DNA from: a bacterium
GTDB lineage: Bacteria; SAR324; NAC60-12
Direction of reading: 5' to 3'
DNA: 64,000 bases
NCBI GenBank assembly: GCA_965205865.1
Contig: CBDBHR010000030.1
Coordinates: 864,001 to 928,000, forward strand
Positions 1 to 9,720 of this stretch are shown in pieces. A model generated the notes under the pieces. The model searched no databases and had not been told where the DNA came from. It saw only the letters and a list, made by a program, of their open reading frames with translations. Position 1 is the first letter of the stretch; every line of letters begins with the position of its first letter. A program made the position numbers and the translations under genes.

Positions 1-205
1 GGTAATAGGTATCAGTATGCTCCGGGGTGTTATCCGCGGGCCAGGTTATTGACCCGCCGTACTCAGGTGCTGTCACGACCTTACCAGTGGTAGGATCCGT
101 CACATACTTCTGGGCGGCAGCCGGACTGACCCAAAAGGCTGTCACCATCAGGGTGAGGGACAGCAGGATTGCACTGAAGGTTGATTTGCTTTTTTGATTT
201 TCCAT
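1..205 (-). CDS. ABC peptide/nickel-family substrate-binding protein, 5' part (runs off window start)
   Basis: Manual translation MENQKSKSTFSAILLSLTLMVTAFWVSPAAAQKYVTDPTTGKVVTAPEYGGSITW matches the N-terminus of the other SBP paralogs; signal peptide. Confidence 0.85.
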   Translation of the reverse strand, partial: MENQKSKSTFSAILLSLTLMVTAFWVSPAAAQKYVTDPTTGKVVTAPEYGGSITWPADNTPEHTDTYY

Positions 206-592
206 CTTTTTCCTTTCTTTTTTTTGATTAAAAACAAGATTTAGGAATGATTTAAAACCTGCTTTCGTTCCCGAAAGCACGTTCTCGACGATGCTTCTAC
301 TTTTTTGACGGTTCAGCCCGAACCTTTTTTTCATTTTTATCTTTTTCATGATAATTTCCTTTCCAAATACGATTGAATTAAACAGGGATTTCGAAAGGGA
401 TTTCGTCCCCCTACCCTGGCTTCTCTTATTTTTGGTCATCTCCATAATTTTTCCTTTCTTGTTATTTAGGTTGTGAGAATGATTCACCCACCAGGGAGCG
501 AATCGGAGTTTCGCGGCGGGCACGGCGCCTGCCACGGGGAACTCTCTGCAGAGGGCGAAAAGTTTCTTCGCGAGCATCTTCATCCGGACTAT

Positions 593-830
593 TTTTTGGA
601 TCAGAATGGGTCTTTTTTGAGGAAAATGAGCGTTTGGAAACCGAGCCCTCCTATTTATATAACACACCCAGAGCCAAAATATCACCAAAAAAATCAAATT
701 TTCTCAAAAATCTCCTGAAATCGCTCTCTGGCTTGGAAACCGAGCCCTTCTATTTACATAACGTACCAAGAGCCAGAATCTGACAAAAAAAATCAAATTT
801 TCTCAAAAATTCCCCGAAATCGCTCTCTGG
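593..830 (-). repeat. Sigma-3'-end/promoter repeat, 1 full + 1 partial copy
   Basis: Same ~137-bp unit as 9430-9720 and 38296-38709. Confidence 0.9.
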
Positions 831-1397
831 CGCGGTGCAACTGTTGGGCGATCATATCCTTTTCGGTCTTGGTCAGTTCCTTTCTAGGAAGCGCCAACTT
901 CTCGGCGGCAAGGGCTTCAAGGGACAGCCCGTCCCAATAGCAGCGGCGCAGCAGCCGAGCGGTCTGGGGATGCTCGTCTTCCAGTTGTCTCAGGGCCCCT
1001 CTGCCCGCTCAATCTTCTCTTCCTGCAATTCCGCCGACTGGGCCTGCCACCAGGCCTGCATAGAGCGCAGGTCATCCACCTCTTCCGGGGCAGCGAGTTC
1101 CGGCTGCCGTTTGTCACGTCTGATTTGGTCCAGCAGATGATTCTGAACGACTCTGTACAGCCAACCCAGGAAGGCTTTATCGGCCTCGCCTTGGAATTTC
1201 TCCAGCTTGCTCTCCCACAAATCCTTCCAGATTTCCTGAACCACCTCATCCGCCTGATGGAGGCTCCGATACTTGCCAATCAGCGATTGGGCAGTGTGGA
1301 CGATATATGCCCTGTAGTGTTGGTACAACTCCTCAAAAGCGTCTTCCTTCCCTTGAACGGACCCCTCCAGCAGTTCCCGCAATGGTTTCCGGTTCAT
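793..1397 (-). pseudogene. ECF sigma-70 factor, 1-bp deletion near 1000
   Basis: 605 bp vs 606 bp in intact copies; ORF stops at 990, C-terminus continues in another frame to the usual TGA at 793-795. Confidence 0.85.
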
Positions 1398-1418
1398 CGT
1401 TGGACTCGGTTTTGATTT

Positions 1419-1752
1419 TCAGCCAAGAACGCCCAAGAACAGCCTCAATATAGGAAAAGCAAGAGGGAAACGCAAGGTGGAAACGCAAGGTGGGGAAAAC
1501 TGGCCTCGCCATGGAAACCGTTTGCAACTGATTTGGAGTCCTTTTTGTTCTAATTGTTCGGCGACTGTCATAAGAACCTCGTGAGCCTCTTCATAGCTGA
1601 GCAGGTTTTTCACTTGCTGAACCACTTCCTCTTCTTTGAGGTGGGAACTGGCTTTGAATAAATAGTAGAGTACCTCCTCAAGATTCCGCAAACCACTGCC
1701 TTCTTCAAATAGTTTTTCAAACAAAGGCCAGATGACCGTGGCTAATTGAATG
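1419..1752 (-). pseudogene. Rpn/YhgA-family (PD-(D/E)XK) C-terminal fragment
   Basis: LEEVLYYLFKAS...EVLMTVAEQLEQKG resembles Rpn C-termini; near-identical copy at 24489-24783, shorter copies at ~20060-20139 and ~39380-39460. Confidence 0.65.
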
Positions 1753-1807
1753 AAAGGTGGCTACGCGCCATGGGCCTTCACCAGTCCCGTTCTAGAGAAG
1801 CTGGTCA

Positions 1808-1932
1808 TCACCCAAGGAGGGGTTCGCTCCATAAAAATCTTTTCAAGTGACGAGGATCGCAGAGAGTATCTCTCTCTGCTCAACGCGCATGGAGAAAAAG
1901 AAAGATAAAAATTAGTAACTGTCCCCGGATTT
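1808..1932 (+). mobile_element. Right half of 276-bp REP/TIR-bounded RAYT remnant
   Basis: Identical to ~20300-20424, ends in AATTAGTAACTGTCCCCGGATTT. Confidence 0.85.
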
Positions 1933-1956
1933 TTAGTCGTCGGTCTGTCAGCGACT

Positions 1957-2610
1957 ATGCTTATTGTTGTCGTTGCTGTTCTGATAGGCGGCATTTCAGG
2001 GTTCATTGGCGGCAAACCGGACCTGGTGGTGCAGCGCTTTGTCGATGCCTGGATGGCTTTTCCAGGACTGCTGCTCTTGTTAACGATTATGTCCATAGCG
2101 GGGCAAGGTCTGTTACAGATAATACTGGTCCTGGGGATAGCAGGGGGCATCGGCAGCTCAAGAGTAGCCCGAGGCGCCGTGATCGGCATTAAGGAGAATG
2201 ACTATTTTCTGGCAGCTCGGGCCGTGGGTACACCGACCAGCCAAATCCTCAACCACCATGTGCTGCCCAATTTTATGGCACCCGTCATCATTATCTTCTC
2301 CATTAACATCGGGGGGGTGATTATGTCTTTGGCTTCTCTGGGCTTCCTCGGATACGGTCTGCCACCCAGCATTCCTGACTGGGGAGGCATGCTCAGCCGG
2401 GAAGGGCGCCGGTACATGGAGCAGGCTCCCTGGCTGGCGCTCTGGCCGGGGCTTAGCCTGACGATTGTCGTCTACTCCTTCAACATGTTCGGAGATGCCC
2501 TCAGGGACCTGCTCGATCCGCGGCTGCGGGGTGGTGAGGGCAGTTATGGCGCAACGGCGAAACGCAAACGAGGTCTCCTGGCCCGACTGATCAACCCGTT
2601 CAACGAGTAA
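1957..2610 (+). pseudogene. DppC/OppC-type permease, 5'-truncated
   Basis: EAA-type loop (ENDYFLAARAVG), FNMFGDALRDLLDPR; N-terminal ~100 aa replaced by the element end. Confidence 0.85.
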
Positions 2611-2674
2611 GCGCACCAAAAGAACCTGTCCCTGTTACAGACGTGGTTGTCGTGAGAAACCAGAGAAAAAGAGC

Positions 2675-3565
2675 TTAAACATCTGGATCAATTCCTGCTT
2701 TTTTCAAGATTTCTCTGAGATGTTTTTCTTTAGCTTCCGCCTCTTCCTTATCTTGCACCGCCTCTTCCTCTCTCCGCAGGGCTTCTTCCTTAACTTGCAC
2801 CGCCTCTTCCTCCCTCCGCAGAGCCTCTTGTTTATCTCGTAGAGCCTCTTCTTTGTCTTGTAGGGCATCTTCTAAAAGTTGTTGCCTTGTTTGTTCTTCA
2901 CGGATGGCATTTTGACGGGCTTGGTATAAATGATAATTCGCTTCTTTTTCTGAAAATCTCTCCAGGACTGCCATGGCTTGCCTCATTTCAGGGGTGTTGA
3001 TGATTTCAGGTAATTCCTCCCAATGCTCAGCTTCTTTAAAAAAATATAACCATTGATCTTCTGTTTTCAAGGTCTCGGAATACCGCCATTTTTCCAATTC
3101 CAAAACATGGACTGAGCAATGCTCCGATAATCGTTTTTGGTTCTCTTGATCCACCAGTTGGAAGTGATGATGAAATGCCGGACTCTCAGGAATCAGGTTT
3201 TCAGTCAACATCCAAATGGAGATAACCGGACGTAATTCTGAGAATGGCTCCCCGCTTTGTAACTGGGACTGATAGATATCACTCCACGTATAGAGAATCC
3301 TCTCCGGCAAATAGGAAAAAACCGCCAATTGAATTTCTATCTGATAGGCCGTCCCTTTTTCATCTTTGGCTTTCACATCGACAATCGTCAACTTGTCCGA
3401 ATAAAACTCGCGTTCATTGTAGGGGTTGAGGATTTCGACATCCGAGATGGGAAACTGGGCTGCCAGGACACCGTTGAGGAAATCAATCAGTAAGTTCTCA
3501 TTTTCCTCTGCCCCCAAAATGGCCTTGTAGACACAATCGACTGTCGGAGAAATGCGATGTTTCAC
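2675..3565 (-). CDS. Rpn family recombination-promoting nuclease / PD-(D/E)XK protein
   Basis: SPTVDCVYKAILG, VDVKAKD...YQIEIQ motif, C-terminal EEALR heptad repeats; GTG start after GAGGAG. Confidence 0.9.
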   Translation of the reverse strand: MKHRISPTVDCVYKAILGAEENENLLIDFLNGVLAAQFPISDVEILNPYNEREFYSDKLTIVDVKAKDEKGTAYQIEIQLAVFSYLPERILYTWSDIYQSQLQSGEPFSELRPVISIWMLTENLIPESPAFHHHFQLVDQENQKRLSEHCSVHVLELEKWRYSETLKTEDQWLYFFKEAEHWEELPEIINTPEMRQAMAVLERFSEKEANYHLYQARQNAIREEQTRQQLLEDALQDKEEALRDKQEALRREEEAVQVKEEALRREEEAVQDKEEAEAKEKHLREILKKAGIDPDV

Positions 3566-4086
3566 AATGATACTCCTCAAAGAAGGGAACAAGAGAGCAC
3601 TTGTTTTCAATCAGTATATCAAAGCGTTTGGGCATGACAAGCCTCAATATCCTCTACCTTCAAATTCGGAAAATCATCAATGATTTCATCAGCGTTATCG
3701 CCACTGGCTCTCTGAAGGCAACATCTTGGTAGATTTTCCCGCAATCCCTTGAAAAATCAAGGGAGTCTCCGGTCATAAAGGAACCGAACCGACAAACTCC
3801 TCGAGAAAAAGATATTGGCCTTCTTCCAAAAGAGGAAAGTTTTAAGCAGAGCAGAACTGAAAGAGTTTTCCCGGTTATCTCAGCGGACCCTCGAAACGCG
3901 TGCCGAATGGGCATCAGTCCTTGAAATGATTCGCTCTGCATCCCCTGCTTTTCGTTCCGGGAAGGGCAGGATTGCCCCTTATTTTCAAGGACTGACACAG
4001 AGAGCAGCGAGGATCAAGTCCTGGATGAGACAAGCACTCGTCACTGAGAAGTTAAGAGGAGCAAAAAAGCTGTTTTTTCTTCCGCG

Positions 4087-4290
4087 TCAAGTATCGTTTT
4101 TGACTCCAATCCATTCCCTCGCGTTCATCCCACCGCCAGTGACGAGACAATGAATATGAGGATGAAGCTGAAGGGTTTTGGTCCAGGTGTGAAGGGTGGC
4201 GATGATTCCCGGTTTGGCTCCCAGGTACTTGGCATCTTCCAATAGTTCAAAGAGCGTCTCACGAGCACAGTCAAAGAGAATCTTACCCAT
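4087..4290 (-). pseudogene. IS91-family transposase internal fragment
   Basis: GIIATLHTWTKTLQLHPHIHCLVTGGG HUH motif. Confidence 0.8.
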
Positions 4291-4326
4291 GATTTTTTGG
4301 CGCGTCGCGTAATAATAAAAGTAAAT

Positions 4327-4389
4327 TGGTGGAGGTGGCGGGAACGGTCCGCCGCTGCGACGGTCCGTCGTTACGGTCGAACCCGCGTC
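4327..4389 (-). other. tmRNA 3'-end fragment (att-like) with 32-nt insertion in T-loop
   Basis: Minus strand GACGCGGGTTCGA-[32 nt]-TTCCCGCCACCTCCACCA; identical copy 25378-25440. Confidence 0.7.
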
Positions 4390-4483
4390 AATCCCTTGAT
4401 TAACAAGGTTTTGCAGGGGGTTTTAATCATTTGCTAATCCTTGGTTATTGGCTTTGGCGGCCTCATAGATGAGGGAGAGCCTC

Positions 4484-5452
4484 CTAAGAAAAGGGGTTGA
4501 TCAGTCGGGCGAGGAATCCTCGTTTGCGTTTCATCTTCGCAGTGCCGTAACTGCCCTGACCTCCCCGCAGCCTGGGGTCAAGCAGGTCCCTCACCGCATC
4601 GCCGAACATGTTCAGACTGTAAACGGTAATAGTCAGGGCAAGGCCGGGCCAGAGCGCCAGCCAGGGGGCCATCTCCATGAACTCCCGCCCTTCCCGGCTG
4701 AGCATCCCTCCCCAGCTGGGAACCTTGAGGGGCAGCCCGAATCCGAGGAAGCTCAGCGATGCCTCGGCAATGATGACCCCGCCAATGTTGATCGAGAAGA
4801 CGATGATGATCGGCGGCATAATATTGGGCAGGACATGGCGGGTCAGGATATGGCGCGTGGGGGTGCCCACAGCCCTGGTTGCCAGAAAATAGTCATTCTC
4901 TTTAATACCCACCACGGCGCCACGGATGACTCGGGAGCCGCCAATACCTCCGGCGATCCCCAGGACCACGATGATCTGGAGGAGCCCCTGTCCCACGATG
5001 GACATGATGGTTAACAACAGGAGCAGACCCGGAAAAGCCATCCAGGCATCGACAAATCTCTGCACCGCCAGGTCCAATTTGCCACCAATGAATCCTGAAG
5101 TGCCGCCGATCAGGACCGCCACCACCACATTAACAGCGGTCGCTGACAGACCGACGACTATCGAAAGACGAGCCCCGACGATCAGGCGGCTCAGGAGGTC
5201 TCTCCCCAACTGGTCGGTACCCAGGAGATACCGGGCTGAGGAGCCAGTCAGCCGGTCTGCCAGGTGCATTTCCCAATATGGATAAGGAGCCAGAACATTG
5301 GCAAAGATCGCCACCAAAATGAAGAGCAAGACGATGATTCCGCAGAACGTCCCCAGTGGCTTCTCCCTCCACAGCCTGGTAAAGAAATCAGCCAGCCCGG
5401 CACGTCTCTTTGGCTCACTTTCTGCTGATGATATCCCTGTGGCATCACTCAT
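4484..5452 (-). CDS. DppC/OppC-type ABC permease
   Basis: LGTDQLGRDLLSR, EAA loop, GDAVRDLLDPR. Confidence 0.95.
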   Translation of the reverse strand: MSDATGISSAESEPKRRAGLADFFTRLWREKPLGTFCGIIVLLFILVAIFANVLAPYPYWEMHLADRLTGSSARYLLGTDQLGRDLLSRLIVGARLSIVVGLSATAVNVVVAVLIGGTSGFIGGKLDLAVQRFVDAWMAFPGLLLLLTIMSIVGQGLLQIIVVLGIAGGIGGSRVIRGAVVGIKENDYFLATRAVGTPTRHILTRHVLPNIMPPIIIVFSINIGGVIIAEASLSFLGFGLPLKVPSWGGMLSREGREFMEMAPWLALWPGLALTITVYSLNMFGDAVRDLLDPRLRGGQGSYGTAKMKRKRGFLARLINPFS

Positions 5453-5453
5453 A

Positions 5454-5540
5454 GTTTAGGTATTTAGGATGAAGGCTTTTAGGTATAAGGTATTAGGTGT
5501 CAGCTTTGCGCTAATACCTGAAACCTAACACCTAATACCT
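5454..5540. repeat. Short heptamer-like repeats in inverted arrangement (TAGGTAT / ATACCT)
   Basis: Several TTAGGTAT units followed by AATACCT/AACACCT units between permease genes. Confidence 0.6.
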
Positions 5541-5555
5541 TTGTCGCGCCAGCGA

Positions 5556-6521
5556 CTATTTATACCGAACCCTGGGGTCTAAGTACGGATAAATCAGGTC
5601 GATCATAAGATTGATCAGCACCACCCCGGTGGCGAAAAACAGGTTTACTCCGGAGACTACCGGGTAGTCTCTGTCTTTGAGGGCATCCAGCATGAGCTGA
5701 CCGATCCCCGGCAGGTTGAAGATGTTCTCCATGATCACGGCGCCCCCGACCAGCAGAGGCAACTGCAGGCCGATCAGGGACACTACCGGGATGAGGGCGT
5801 TCTTGAGGGTGTGCCGGATCACCACGACCCGCTCCCTGAGCCCCTTGGACCAGGCGGTGCGGATATAGTCCTGCCTGAGCACCTCAAGCATCATGGTACG
5901 CATCATCCGCATGGTGGCGGCAGAGGAGGCTGTTCCCAGGATCAGGCTAGGAATGATGAGAATCCCGAGATTCCCCAGCAGGTCTTCCGTGAAAGGAACC
6001 CACCGCATCGGTGGCGCCCAGCCCCACCAGATGGCCGGATAGATCATGACCATAATTGCCAGCCAGAAGTTGGGCGTTGCCATGCCGATGATGGCAACAG
6101 TGCGCCCCACGTAGTCGGCGGCCGTATCCTGGCGAATCGCCGAGTAGATGCCGACCGGCAGGGCTATCAAGAGCCCGATTACGATTGCCATGACGCCAAG
6201 CTCAATGGTTACTGGCAATCTACCTAATATCTTCTCCTCTACCGTCCAAGCGCCAACCAGCGACTCGCCCAGGGTGCCGTGCAGGAAGATGCCTCCTATC
6301 CAGCGTCCATACTGCACGTAGACAGGCACATCTAATCCCAGCATCCGCTCAAGAGTTTCACGGTCAATCTGACCCGTCGCGGAACCCATACTCGCCATCT
6401 TACCCAGCATGGCGTCGATGACGTCGCCCGGAATGAAGCGGACCGAGAGAAAGACCAGGATGGTTAATATAAACAAGGTGGGGATTATCAGCAATAACCG
6501 CCTGATGATATAGGCTCTCAT
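5556..6521 (-). CDS. DppB/OppB-type ABC permease
   Basis: [36 protein letters not shown]. Confidence 0.95.
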   Translation of the reverse strand: MRAYIIRRLLLIIPTLFILTILVFLSVRFIPGDVIDAMLGKMASMGSATGQIDRETLERMLGLDVPVYVQYGRWIGGIFLHGTLGESLVGAWTVEEKILGRLPVTIELGVMAIVIGLLIALPVGIYSAIRQDTAADYVGRTVAIIGMATPNFWLAIMVMIYPAIWWGWAPPMRWVPFTEDLLGNLGILIIPSLILGTASSAATMRMMRTMMLEVLRQDYIRTAWSKGLRERVVVIRHTLKNALIPVVSLIGLQLPLLVGGAVIMENIFNLPGIGQLMLDALKDRDYPVVSGVNLFFATGVVLINLMIDLIYPYLDPRVRYK

Positions 6522-6544
6522 GTGACACACCTCATTGCGATTTC

Positions 6545-6843
6545 ACCCGTCATTGCCAACCTTCTTTTGTCATTGCGAGCCCTTCCACTGAAGGGCGTGG
6601 CAATCTGGTCGCCCTCTTTCCCCTGTCATTGCGGTGAAAACCGCAATCCACCTTCCACGTCATTGCCACCCCTCTCTCGTCATTCCCATTTCCCCCGTCA
6701 TTGCGGTGAAAAACCTGCCCCGGACTGGATCCGGGGCCGGAATCCACCTTCCACGTCATTCCCACCCCTCTTTCGTCATTCCCATTTCCCCCGTCATTGC
6801 GGTGAAAAACCTGCCCCGGACTGGATCCGGGGCCGCAATCCAC
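6545..6843. repeat. REP-like palindrome cluster (GTCATTGCGGTGAAAACC...AATCCA)
   Basis: Three related units, two near-perfect ~119-bp tandem copies. Confidence 0.8.
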
Positions 6844-7131
6844 TTAGACAATCTCATCATACAAGTCCCGCCATGTCGGATTAACCTTCTCAATCAACTC
6901 AAGCTTCCATTCTCGCTTCCATTCCTTAATCGCCTTCTCGCGTGCGATAGCGCTCTCCATTGATTCATGACCCTCAAACCAGACGAGCGTGTGTACATCG
7001 TAACGCTTTGTGAATCCCTCCACGAAGTCGTTCTTATGCTGCCAGATCCGCTGCACGAGATTCGATGTCACCCCGAGGTACAGCGTGCCATTGCGCTTGC
7101 TCGCAAGAATGTAGACACATGGCAGCTTCAT
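6844..7131 (-). CDS. Small GIY-YIG nuclease
   Basis: CVYILASKRNGTLYLGVTSNLVQRIWQHK...AIAREKAIKEWKREWK. Confidence 0.92.
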   Translation of the reverse strand: MKLPCVYILASKRNGTLYLGVTSNLVQRIWQHKNDFVEGFTKRYDVHTLVWFEGHESMESAIAREKAIKEWKREWKLELIEKVNPTWRDLYDEIV

Positions 7132-7391
7132 CTCTGGTTCTAATCTGCGCAGTACAATTTTCGGGTCTGCATAACCTTAACCCCAATGCAGAGCAGTCGC
7201 CTCACCGAAGGCTTGGGGAGGAAATCCCTCGTTTGGGTGACTTCGCCAACCTTCTGGATTCCGGCTTCCGCCGGAATGACGGGGAAGAAGGACGAGATTG
7301 CTTCGGCACTTTGTGCCTCGCAATGACAGTTAAGGAGGGACTCCTCACAATGACAGTGAGAAAGCGCCCCTCTCATTATTTGAGGAGTATC

Positions 7392-7423
7392 GGGAGCCAG
7401 GAGGTTTGAACCCCCCAGCTCCC
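7392..7423 (-). terminator. Conserved hairpin after SBP stop
   Basis: GGGAGC...GCTCCC stem; homologous at ~27864-27895 and ~36284-36315. Confidence 0.6.
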
Positions 7424-7460
7424 TTCTTCCCTGAGCTAAGCCACAAGAGGTGAAAAACCC

Positions 7461-9287
7461 CTAATAACCCATTGCTTCCTTCAGCTCACTATCAATCCAG
7501 AGCCGTGAGAACATCGCGGTTCTGTCCATGCCTCCCATGCTTAGCTCCCCGTTATAGCCTTTGACCCACGACTGGTGGGCCATAAAGTGCGGGACCCTTC
7601 CGCCCCACAGGATCCAGTGGTTTGCCGCGACATACTGATCTGCCTCTCTGACCCACCGCTTGTATTCATCGAGGGTGGTGGCCTCTTGCGTCGCTGCCCA
7701 CAAACGGTCCATCTCGGGGTCCTGCACGCCGGTGGGGTTAAACGCGTTGGTCGAGACAAACTGCAGCAGCGCGAGGGGGCCGTAGTCGAAGGCTGAGACG
7801 TAGCTGGCAATATGTTCGTACTCGTTCTCACGAATAAGATAATCCACCTGGGCCGTACCCGGAGTGAGGACCGTGACCTCCACGCCAATCTCACCGAAAT
7901 GCTGTGCCGCCAGTTCGAAGAAGTTCAGATCCATCCAATCAGTCACCATGAGGTTGGTTGAGAATCGAATGCCGTCCGCCCCGCGTGGATATCCGGCTTC
8001 ATCGAGCAGGCGCTCGGCCCTCTCTGGATCATAGGTGTAGTATTGCTTCACCTCCTCCGGCCACTCTTCGAATGGCGTGACATAGCCGACCAAATTGGCC
8101 CCGACGAATCCCTGCGGTGTGATGTCCACCCAGCCCTGCCAGACGGTTGCGTTGATCGTCTCCAGGTCGAGCGCCAGCTGCAGCGCATGACGCACCCTGA
8201 TGTCGTTCATCGGTGGCTTTGTCTGATTGAGAGCGAACGACGTCTCCGAACGGTGCGAGTATGGCCATAGCACGATTTCGGGGTTGGTTTGCTGGAGCCT
8301 CTCTGCCTGGTCGATGGTGCGGATCTGCGAGTCGCCAAAAGAGCCGAGGAGGTCGACCTGACCCGAGCGCAGCGCCGCCAGTTGTGTTGCCGAATCGGTG
8401 ATGACCAGAGCCACCACCTTGTCGACATACGGCAAGCGGTTCTGCGGGTATTTTTCGTCGTAGCCCCAGTAGTCGGGATTCTTGCTCCACGTAATAGAGC
8501 TGCCCTCGACCCAGTCGGTCAGCATCAGCGGTCCGGTGCCGACCAGGTTGCGCCAGTCCGTCACGTCGCCGTGAGCCTCGATTACCTCGGGCGGATATAC
8601 GTAGACGGAGTGGTCGGTAAGCATAGTCCTGAGGGCATCGAAGTTCACCTTGCTCAGTCGAAAGACAACGGTTGATCCTTCGGCGGTTACCGATTCGATG
8701 CCAATATCGTCGATGAAACTCCAGGCGGCTCCTTCGGGCTTCTCGGTGAAACCGCTGCCCAGACCCAACATACGGTGAAAGTTGTATTCGACATCCTTGG
8801 CAGTTAGCTTGCGACCGTTCATCGGCGCCTTATTGTGCCAGCGAACACCGTCACGGATGTGGAAGGTATAGGTGAGGCCGTCCGGGGAAATATCCCAGCT
8901 TTCAGCTAGGTGCCCTCTTAGGGCAAATTCAGGCTTCCACGATGTTCTCAAGTCAAATACGTCCCTATCTATTGCCCAGTCCAGGATGCCGAGCTTCTCT
9001 ACCACACCGGAGCTGGCGGCCGCATTGAAGTGTTTTAACCCGGTGTCGGGGTTCGCCGGCTCAACTTGCATCGCGTAGGTGATTGTCCCGCCATACTCTG
9101 GCGCGCTCACTACTTTTCCAGTGGTGGGATCCGTCACATACTTCTTCTCAGCAGCAGCCGCCGGGCTGACCCAGAGGGTCGCGCCCAGAATGAAAGCCAG
9201 CAGCACCGAGAGGAGTTTCATGGCAGACCTGGGGCCTGCCGGGTTCAGCCCCACGAAGGAGGCGACAAGTTTTTTTATAATACTCAT
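7461..9287 (-). CDS. ABC peptide/nickel-family substrate-binding protein
   Basis: LAESWDISPDGLTYTFHIRDGVRWH, GTGP, KNPDYWG; start MSIIKK after AAGAGGT RBS, signal peptide. Confidence 0.95.
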   Translation of the reverse strand: MSIIKKLVASFVGLNPAGPRSAMKLLSVLLAFILGATLWVSPAAAAEKKYVTDPTTGKVVSAPEYGGTITYAMQVEPANPDTGLKHFNAAASSGVVEKLGILDWAIDRDVFDLRTSWKPEFALRGHLAESWDISPDGLTYTFHIRDGVRWHNKAPMNGRKLTAKDVEYNFHRMLGLGSGFTEKPEGAAWSFIDDIGIESVTAEGSTVVFRLSKVNFDALRTMLTDHSVYVYPPEVIEAHGDVTDWRNLVGTGPLMLTDWVEGSSITWSKNPDYWGYDEKYPQNRLPYVDKVVALVITDSATQLAALRSGQVDLLGSFGDSQIRTIDQAERLQQTNPEIVLWPYSHRSETSFALNQTKPPMNDIRVRHALQLALDLETINATVWQGWVDITPQGFVGANLVGYVTPFEEWPEEVKQYYTYDPERAERLLDEAGYPRGADGIRFSTNLMVTDWMDLNFFELAAQHFGEIGVEVTVLTPGTAQVDYLIRENEYEHIASYVSAFDYGPLALLQFVSTNAFNPTGVQDPEMDRLWAATQEATTLDEYKRWVREADQYVAANHWILWGGRVPHFMAHQSWVKGYNGELSMGGMDRTAMFSRLWIDSELKEAMGY

Positions 9288-9313
9288 AATAACCTCTTTT
9301 ATTTGAGGGTTTT

Positions 9314-9430
9314 GAGAATGATTCACCCGCTGTGGAGCGAATCGGAGTTTCGTGGCGGGCACGGCGTCTGCCACAGGGAACTCTCTGCAGAGGGCGAAAA
9401 GTTTCTTCGCGAGCATCTTCATCCGGACTA
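9314..9430 (-). promoter_or_regulatory. Conserved multi-hairpin 5' leader of SBP genes
   Basis: Six copies (~475, 9314, 18778, 23486, 29781, 38180); four hairpins, one compensatory change. Confidence 0.55.
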
Positions 9431-9720
9431 TTTTTTTGACCAGAATGGGTCTTTTTTGAGGAAAATGAGCGTTTGGAAACCGAGCCCTTCTATTTATATA
9501 ACGTACCAAGAGCCAGAATCTGACAAAAAAAATCAAATTTTCTCAAAAATCTCCTGAAATCGCTCTCTGTCATCCGGACTATTTTTTTGACCAGAATGGG
9601 TCTTTTTTGAGGAAAATGAGCGTTTGGAAACCGAGCCCTTCTATTTATATAACGTACCAAGAGCCAGAATCTGACAAAAAAAATCAAATTTTCTCAAAAA
9701 TTCCCCGAAATCGCTCTCTG
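9430..9720 (-). repeat. Sigma-3'-end/promoter repeat x2 (151-bp period)
   Basis: CATCCGGACTA at 9420 and 9571. Confidence 0.9.

Noticed and set aside
4327-4389. Complete tmRNA gene
   Set aside because: Only ~31 nt of the 3' end present, no 5' acceptor or tag ORF
9288-9536. 45-83-aa N-terminal extensions of SBP ORFs in the ORF track
   Set aside because: They run through promoter repeat and leader, are broken in the 205 and 23458 modules, and a good RBS plus signal peptide sits at MSIIKK
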